A DNA stretch of 18,163 nt from Candidatus Woesearchaeota archaeon (GTDB lineage: Archaea; Nanobdellota; Nanobdellia; Pacearchaeales; GW2011-AR1), in contig CAZPQF010000002.1 of the NCBI GenBank assembly GCA_964588735.1, positions 1 through 18,163 of the forward strand. The letters run 5' to 3'. Below are positions 13,099 through 18,163 of the stretch, piece by piece. The notes beneath the pieces are model-generated. The model saw only the letters and a list, made by a program, of their open reading frames with translations, did not search any database and was not told the DNA's origin. Each line of letters opens with the position of its first letter. The first letter of the stretch is position 1. The position numbers and the translations under genes were made by a program.

Positions 13099-14556
13099 TT
13101 ATTTGCTAAATCTTTCTATTGAGTGCCCTTTTTTCTCTTTAGCATGTAATAAATTCCTAAATGAAACAGCCTTTTTGGTAACTTTATCATAAACTGGTCC
13201 TTCTCTTGATAATTCTGCCCCTGGATGTGTTCCATAAATATTGTGTTTTTCTGTTATGTATTTTAAATTATGAGGGCCATCTATATTTGGACATGGTCTT
13301 AATTTTTCATCATGAAATGGTTGCATTGCTCTTGCTTCTTTAAGCCAAGGGGCACTTACTGCTTCTACTAAACTTACATCATGTAGATTATCCTTTCCAT
13401 AATGTATAAACGCACATGGTTCAACTATTCCTTTGTGGTTTATATGAACATACATTTTTCCCCATCCTATACATCCGTTTGTTATCCAACCATCATTAAA
13501 AAAATCATAGACTAGTAGGGGTTTTTTATCATCTCTGAGTTTATTAATAACTTCATATCTTTCAAATCTTTGTTCAGCTGTTGGAGCTAAATCTGGATTA
13601 GGATCTCTTCCTAATGGGACATATTGAAATATCCATCCTAAAGATGCCCCTCTTTCAATCATTTCATCAAAGAATTTTTCATTGACTAATGAATTATGAT
13701 TTGATTTTACGTGAGTTGCTGAAAAACCAAAGAAAGCCCCATTATCTTTTAGTTCATTCATAGCACTTAATATTTTATTAGATAATCCTTTGCCTCTTCT
13801 TGTATCTGTATCTTCTTTTCCCCCTTCTACACTTATACATGGATAAAAATTTCCTAATTCTCCAATCATTTTTGCTGTTTTTGAATTAATTTTAGTTCCA
13901 TTTGTGTATGGCATAAAGAAAACATCATCATGTTCTTTAACAATATCCCACAAAGGGGGCCACATAGTTGGTTCTCCTCCTGTTAAAACAATGAAATGAA
14001 TTCCCATTTCATTTTTTGCTTCATTAATTATATCATTAACTTTTTCACCTGAAAGAGATTCAGAGTTATCATATTCAGAAGCCCAACAACCATTACATTT
14101 CAAATTACATTTCATAGAAGGGCTAATTAAAAGAAAAGATGGTGGTTGATCTCCATATTTAGATTCATATCTTTTTGCAATTGGCTCTCTTTCAAGTCCC
14201 TGATGCAGGAATATGTTGGTTAACAAACTTTTTTTAGTATTTGTATTTAAATTAGGTAAAATATCTTTAATAGTATCTGAAAAAGTATTACAAGCAATAA
14301 ATCTGTTTCTTAAATAATCTTCACTCCAATTATCTTCTTGAGCTTTTTTTTCCAAAACGCCATGAAACTGCTTTCTTACTCTATCAATAAAATAATTCTG
14401 CATTCTTGTACTTTTGCTTAAAAAAGGTATTAATCCTTTTACTCCAATTTTTTTTAAATTTAGAATTCGATTATTTAAATATCCGGGAAGTCTTTCTTCT
14501 TCCCTCGTTAAATCCTGTTCTGCTTGTCTTTTAATTTCTTCTATTTTTTCTCCCAT
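13099..14556 (-). CDS. Radical SAM enzyme with a ~145-aa N-terminal extension and a partial-SPASM (twitch-like) C-terminal motif
   Basis: 485 aa. The CX3CX2C motif is C150-NLK-C154-NG-C157-W (14086-14109). The SAM-binding motif is LTGGEP, followed by VEGGKEDTDTRRGKG. C-terminal C362-x13-G-x4-C381 (13414-13473) matches the CX9-15GX4C opening of SPASM/twitch domains. Only one further Cys follows (C422), so the CX2CX5CX3C block is absent. Confidence 0.9.
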   Translation of the reverse strand: MGEKIEEIKRQAEQDLTREEERLPGYLNNRILNLKKIGVKGLIPFLSKSTRMQNYFIDRVRKQFHGVLEKKAQEDNWSEDYLRNRFIACNTFSDTIKDILPNLNTNTKKSLLTNIFLHQGLEREPIAKRYESKYGDQPPSFLLISPSMKCNLKCNGCWASEYDNSESLSGEKVNDIINEAKNEMGIHFIVLTGGEPTMWPPLWDIVKEHDDVFFMPYTNGTKINSKTAKMIGELGNFYPCISVEGGKEDTDTRRGKGLSNKILSAMNELKDNGAFFGFSATHVKSNHNSLVNEKFFDEMIERGASLGWIFQYVPLGRDPNPDLAPTAEQRFERYEVINKLRDDKKPLLVYDFFNDGWITNGCIGWGKMYVHINHKGIVEPCAFIHYGKDNLHDVSLVEAVSAPWLKEARAMQPFHDEKLRPCPNIDGPHNLKYITEKHNIYGTHPGAELSREGPVYDKVTKKAVSFRNLLHAKEKKGHSIERFSK

Positions 14557-14681
14557 GTTTTTACTTACTTTTAAGTACTTTAAAAAGATTTATGTAGTGT
14601 GATTATTATAAAATGACATACATTTATTTTTAAATCAATCAAAAATAAATTATATTATTAAGTTTTTAAGTTTGGAAAAAA
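14557..14681. promoter_or_regulatory. Divergent promoter region between the radical SAM (-) and alpha/beta hydrolase (+) genes
   Basis: A 125-nt, >85% A+T spacer lies between divergent start codons and contains TATAAA/TATTAT-type hexamers. The promoter role is inferred from geometry. Confidence 0.35.
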
Positions 14682-15563
14682 ATGAAAAAAAAATATTTTA
14701 ATAGTTTTGATAATTTAAGAATTTTTTATGAAACAAATTTAAATGGAAATTTAGAGAAGATGCTGAAAACTCCTATAACTTTTATTCATGGACAAAGTGG
14801 GGGGAATTCCACCTTATTAAGTTTTCAGATTAATCATCTTAAACAAAAATACCCTGTTTTATCTTTTGATATGAGGGGATGTGGTAGATCTGAATTAAAA
14901 AATAGAAAAGAATATTTTGAGTTAGAAAAAGTAGCAAAAGATACAATAAATCTATGGGAGCATGAAAATATAGAAAAAAGCCATCTTTTAGGTTATAGTT
15001 TAGGAACAACTGTTTCTCTAAAAGTATTTGATTTAGCTCCAGAAAAAATAAAATCGTTAATACTTCTTCATCCGACTTATAATCCGCTGAAAACCACAAG
15101 CAAATTTAATAAATTTTTAGTCCATAGTAGAATAGAGAAATATTTGGGAGGTTTAATTAATTATGTCTTTTATTTTAATAATAAATTTTTTAGAAATAAT
15201 GAACAAAAAGAGGTTTATGATTTTGGAAAAGATAATGATGTTGAAGGAATTAAGATGTATTTTAATAGAGGATTTTTGAAAAAACAAACTCCAGAGCAAA
15301 TAATATCGAGAATGAAATTTACTGAAGCCAGAAAAAAATGGGATGTAGAATATGTATTAGATAAAATAAATATTCCAACTTTATGTATTGCAGCAGAAAA
15401 AGATATGTGGACTCCTCCTTCTGTTTCTCAAGAAATCTTTAATAGAGTAGATAATGAAGAAAAAGAATTAAAAATCATCCCTGAAAATAGGCATAACTCT
15501 GTTTATAAAAATCCTGACAAAATTAATGAATGTATCTCAAGTTTTTTAGAGAAAATAGAATAA
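14682..15563 (+). CDS. Alpha/beta hydrolase (cytoplasmic, canonical Ser nucleophile)
   Basis: 293 aa. It has ITFIHGQSGG...FDMRGCGRSE, the nucleophile elbow GYSLG (HLLGYSLGTTVS), the acid in AAEKDMWTP and the His in ENRHNSVY. Confidence 0.85.
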   Translation: MKKKYFNSFDNLRIFYETNLNGNLEKMLKTPITFIHGQSGGNSTLLSFQINHLKQKYPVLSFDMRGCGRSELKNRKEYFELEKVAKDTINLWEHENIEKSHLLGYSLGTTVSLKVFDLAPEKIKSLILLHPTYNPLKTTSKFNKFLVHSRIEKYLGGLINYVFYFNNKFFRNNEQKEVYDFGKDNDVEGIKMYFNRGFLKKQTPEQIISRMKFTEARKKWDVEYVLDKINIPTLCIAAEKDMWTPPSVSQEIFNRVDNEEKELKIIPENRHNSVYKNPDKINECISSFLEKIE

Positions 15564-15597
15564 AAATATTTATTAACATCAATTATGTTTATATCTT

Positions 15598-16020
15598 GTG
15601 GCATCTACCTTAGAAAAAGAATTAGATTTTGAATATAAAACAAAAGAAGGAAAAAAATATCTAATATCTCTTTCTCGCTCTGACATTATTTCTGAATTTA
15701 GGTGGCATGATTATTGTTTAAGCATTGGAAATAAAGAAGAAATGGGTGAATTAATATTTGGGAAATTTGGAGCAATAGTTGATTGTAGATATTATAATCA
15801 TAAAGAAGGAATTTATGGCAATATATCTGTAAGAAAATTTAAAGAGAAATTCCAAGATATAATTAAAGAAGTTTTTTCAGAAGAAATTTATGAAAAATAT
15901 CTAATAGCTATGGATATGGGAGTAGAGGGAATAAAAAAAGGGGCAGATATTGACAATAAAAATTTATTGTATAATCTTTTTGGAATAACTGATTTAAAAT
16001 TTGGTTTTTTAGACAAATAA
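15598..16020 (+). CDS. Hypothetical protein (GTG start)
   Basis: 140-aa ORF. The frame opens after TAA 15574-15576, and the first canonical start is GTG 15598. The first ATG in frame is at codon 49. I recognise no motif. Codon composition resembles neighbouring genes. Confidence 0.5.
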   Translation: MASTLEKELDFEYKTKEGKKYLISLSRSDIISEFRWHDYCLSIGNKEEMGELIFGKFGAIVDCRYYNHKEGIYGNISVRKFKEKFQDIIKEVFSEEIYEKYLIAMDMGVEGIKKGADIDNKNLLYNLFGITDLKFGFLDK

Positions 16021-16389
16021 TTAATATTTATTTTCATCAGCTTGAGGATCTAATATAGGTGTTGGCAATAAATTATATGCTCTAAAATTTGTTATAGGAA
16101 AAGTTACTAAATCAATAGTGCCTAAACCCATTCGAGCAAAACTATAACCAATACTCTCAATTGTTTTTTGAGTTATTTTTTCATCTTTTTTGTAAAAAAT
16201 CCTTGCGGGAAATTCAAATCTGCCTATGGCAAGGTTATGAATTCCAGAAATCGCTTTTGCTGATGCCTGAGTAGGATAATTCTTAAGTTCACTAAAATAA
16301 AGATAGTCATTAAGTTTGTGATTTAAAGAGCAACTACTAACCATCCCTGATAAAATTAAACCCAACCCTATTTTTTTCAAATTTGCCAT
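16021..16389 (-). CDS. Small lipoprotein resembling the TIGR04073 (exosortase-system-associated) family
   Basis: 122 aa. The signal peptide plus lipobox-like Cys is KKIGLGLILSGMVSSC|S. AKAISGIHNLAIGRFEFPARIF...GYSFARMGLGTIDLVTFPITNFRAYNLLPTPILDP follows my recollection of the family pattern (K..rG..N...G..E.P..i ... G...R...G..e..TFP.p...Y.p...P). The call is from memory, not from a search. Confidence 0.5.
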   Translation of the reverse strand: MANLKKIGLGLILSGMVSSCSLNHKLNDYLYFSELKNYPTQASAKAISGIHNLAIGRFEFPARIFYKKDEKITQKTIESIGYSFARMGLGTIDLVTFPITNFRAYNLLPTPILDPQADENKY

Positions 16390-16442
16390 TTTTTATTTTA
16401 TAATTAAAGATTATTAAATATTAGTATTATAAATTATATATA

Positions 16443-18074
16443 TTAATTGATTAATTCTGCATTTAGAGTTGTGTGAAAATCCGGGGCAGGGTTTAAAAAT
16501 TGATGTTTATATTGGGTGTCTCTCCCCGAATTTTTAACTTTATCATTTTTTATTTCCTCAAAAATTCCTTTTGGAATCACACCCATTTTAATATTCCCCA
16601 GTCTATCTAATCTCTTAGAACAATACTCTATATTTAATTTTTGAAGATTCTCATCAAATGAATTTGTAATTGAAATTAATTTTCCCCTGTTTTTGGTAAT
16701 TTCAGATTTCTCTAAAAATAAACCATAGTTTGGGAGATTATCTGACCATATTGGAGAAACTAAAAAATTATCAATTTTTAAATTATGTTGTTCACAGGTT
16801 TTTTCCATAGCTTTTACTACTTGATATTCTGTAATCTTTTCTCCGGTTAATGATGAGATGTGCTTTCCTTTATTTAGAAACTTAATCATAGGAGTTTGGT
16901 TATAAAAACAAGTAACTTCAACTAAATCATTTATATTATATCTATATAAACCAGAAGAAGTTGTGGGTATTAAGAAATATTTTTCTCCTGACATTAATTC
17001 CCATGCATTTAGGGTATTTGGTTGTTTTGAATTTATTTCTGATTCAGGAATGAATTCATAAAAATGTGAACCAATGTCTAAGATACCTCCATTTTTAGAA
17101 TTATCTGTAATAGGTATTGTAAATCTTCCTTCTGATGCAATTAATCCTAAATCTCTAATAGGCGTATTATTAAAAAATTCAGGAAAAGATTTTAAATAAA
17201 GTGAGAGAGTTCCTGCAGTCCAACAACCTATACATGCAAGATCTGGCCAATAATCTTTAGGATAAAGAACCCCTGTTTGATTAATTATTTTCTCTAATTT
17301 TCTTGCTCTTTTTTTATCTCCTTTATCATAAATATCTTCGATTAATTTTTCTTTATTTTCATTCCCCATTAGACATAAATTTTTAATAGTACTCGGATTT
17401 GCAGTATTTAACATAGAAATATTCTTTCCTGCAGATAATCTTAAAATATTATATAATTTTTCTTGAGGATCCTTTATATTACATACATTTTTAGGGAGAG
17501 CATAGAATAATTTAGAAATAAGTGATTGTCTTTCTTGACTTAATCCGGTTATAGCTCCATATGGAAGATTACATTTAGTAGTTCCTTCTTTTGATGGAGA
17601 AACAATAGAGATAACTTTGCCCCCTACAATTCCTAAATGGTCTTTAACTGCATTAAAAATCCAAATATTCCAAGAATTTATATATTCCTCTATAAAATTC
17701 GGAGTTATTGGAATAAATTTGGGCTTTCCGGTTGTTCCACTTGTAGTCACAAATCTTATTGGCTGTTGAGTAGTTAGAATATTATGTTCTCCATTTTTTT
17801 CTTTTTCAATTAGCTCAGAAATATCATTATAATCTATTATCGGGACATATTTTTGAAAGTTATTTATATCTCCTGAATCAAGAATTCCTTTAAAATTATA
17901 CTTTAAACCATATAAAGTTTCTTTATTTTCTCTAAGTCTATTGAATAATATTTTTTCTTGAGTTTTTTTGGGGTTTTGTGTTTGTTTTTGAAACTCCTCA
18001 TTTGCTCTAATATATTTTCTAATAAAAGGTTTTAAAATTCTAAGCATAATTCTTTCTTTTTTCTTTTTATCCAT
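16443..18074 (-). CDS. GH3-family acyl-acid amido synthetase (GH3 auxin-responsive-promoter family, adenylate-forming)
   Basis: 543 aa. FVTTSGTTGKPKFIP is the GH3/ANL P-loop-like motif. Also present are YGLKYNF, SSGLYRYNINDLVEVTCFYNQTPMIKFLNKGKH (GLYRY..GD.v.v.gf....P...F..R pattern) and GEKITEYQV. Confidence 0.9.
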   Translation of the reverse strand: MDKKKKERIMLRILKPFIRKYIRANEEFQKQTQNPKKTQEKILFNRLRENKETLYGLKYNFKGILDSGDINNFQKYVPIIDYNDISELIEKEKNGEHNILTTQQPIRFVTTSGTTGKPKFIPITPNFIEEYINSWNIWIFNAVKDHLGIVGGKVISIVSPSKEGTTKCNLPYGAITGLSQERQSLISKLFYALPKNVCNIKDPQEKLYNILRLSAGKNISMLNTANPSTIKNLCLMGNENKEKLIEDIYDKGDKKRARKLEKIINQTGVLYPKDYWPDLACIGCWTAGTLSLYLKSFPEFFNNTPIRDLGLIASEGRFTIPITDNSKNGGILDIGSHFYEFIPESEINSKQPNTLNAWELMSGEKYFLIPTTSSGLYRYNINDLVEVTCFYNQTPMIKFLNKGKHISSLTGEKITEYQVVKAMEKTCEQHNLKIDNFLVSPIWSDNLPNYGLFLEKSEITKNRGKLISITNSFDENLQKLNIEYCSKRLDRLGNIKMGVIPKGIFEEIKNDKVKNSGRDTQYKHQFLNPAPDFHTTLNAELIN

Positions 18075-18163
18075 GTTATTACTTTTTTTAGTGATTTAAA
18101 TTAAATTATATTATAAAAAATATATTTTATTAAATATGTTTCTCTTTTTATTAATATAAGGAA
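18075..18163. promoter_or_regulatory. Upstream region of the GH3 gene (promoter expected here or beyond the window edge)
   Basis: 89 nt of >85% A+T non-coding sequence lies 5' of ATG 18074 on the minus strand. No specific elements can be assigned. Confidence 0.25.

Noticed and set aside
13099-14556. The radical SAM enzyme was considered as a homologue of archaeal tetraether lipid synthase (Tes/GDGT-MAS) or of HpnH, which would tie it to the many lipase-like genes.
   Set aside because: Tes-type enzymes carry multiple auxiliary clusters and need many more Cys than the three C-terminal Cys present here. The HpnH C-terminal Cys pattern (as far as I recall it) is not reproduced. The idea cannot be supported without a search.
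14646-14658. The 13-mer TAAATTATATTAT is shared by the spacers at 14646-14658 and 18102-18114, with a 10-mer TAAATTATAT also near 16427. I considered it as a common promoter or operator motif.
   Set aside because: The sequence is pure A/T. With about 100-nt A+T-only spacers, a shared 13-mer is roughly what chance predicts (on the order of 1-2 expected matches per pair). Its orientation relative to the downstream genes is also inconsistent.
14667-14674. TAAGTTTG matches the Bacteroidota -7 promoter consensus TAnnTTTG upstream of the 14682 gene.
   Set aside because: It ends only 7 nt before the ATG, which would imply an essentially leaderless transcript. It is a single occurrence, and comparable motifs are not seen upstream of the other operons.
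1002-15099. Thirteen ORFs of 60-136 aa in the supplied track lie antisense or out of frame inside larger genes: 1002-1184, 3667-3951, 4456-4644, 4686-4985, 5360-5638, 8176-8538, 9468-9878, 11265-11489, 12217-12399, 12723-12926, 12869-13063, 14414-14602 and 14839-15099.
   Set aside because: Each is fully embedded in a longer ORF that has clear family motifs or better coding character. Their translations are Phe/Leu/Ile/Ser-rich low-complexity strings, as expected from reading Lys/Glu/Asn-rich genes on the opposite strand. None has a plausible start context.
1-18163. I scanned for CRISPR repeats, long direct or inverted repeats, IS/transposase or integrase genes, tRNA/rRNA genes and known defence-system hallmarks (nucleases, helicases, STAND/AAA ATPases, TIR, toxin-antitoxin pairs).
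   Set aside because: None was recognisable. The only G+C-rich non-coding patches are 1-74 and 11042-11063, and no ORF carries Walker A/B or nuclease motifs. A repeat-finder or covariance-model scan would be needed to exclude short or degenerate elements.

Overview
This is an 18.2-kb, very AT-rich window (about 25-30% G+C by eye, not computed). It is almost wall-to-wall coding and looks bacterial. A secretin, an OmpH-like protein and several lipobox-type signal peptides point to a diderm cell envelope. The standard genetic code fits: all large ORFs are intact, 18 of 19 stops are TAA, and one is TGA. I support about 20 protein genes in alternating strand blocks. I see no rRNA, tRNA, CRISPR array, transposase or integrase. 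The gene content falls into five groups. (i) Envelope genes: a ChaN/Tiki-like protein, an OmpH/Skp-like protein and an orphan lipoprotein secretin. (ii) An enolase-superfamily (MLE-subgroup) enzyme coupled to a small membrane protein. (iii) Two divergent operons (4391-8062 minus, 8135-11020 plus). They encode a PanE-type 2-oxoacid reductase, a nitroreductase-fold enzyme, an extended SDR, a LeuA/NifV-type condensing enzyme, a SAM methyltransferase and two alpha/beta hydrolases, one of which has Cys in place of the nucleophile Ser. (iv) A block of unknowns (11076-13098): an unannotated 42-codon ORF for a Gly-Gly/Cys-rich peptide, a secreted protein, a small membrane protein split by a T8 tract and a basic SANT/Myb-like protein. 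This block abuts a radical SAM enzyme with an N-terminal extension and a partial-SPASM (twitch-like) motif. (v) A third alpha/beta hydrolase, two small unknowns (one resembling the TIGR04073 lipoprotein family) and a GH3-family amido synthetase. My best candidates for something undescribed are the peptide + secreted protein + membrane protein + radical SAM neighbourhood, and the PKS/NRPS-free small-molecule cluster in the divergent operons. Both are hypotheses from reading the sequence. All family calls rest on motif recognition, not database searches.
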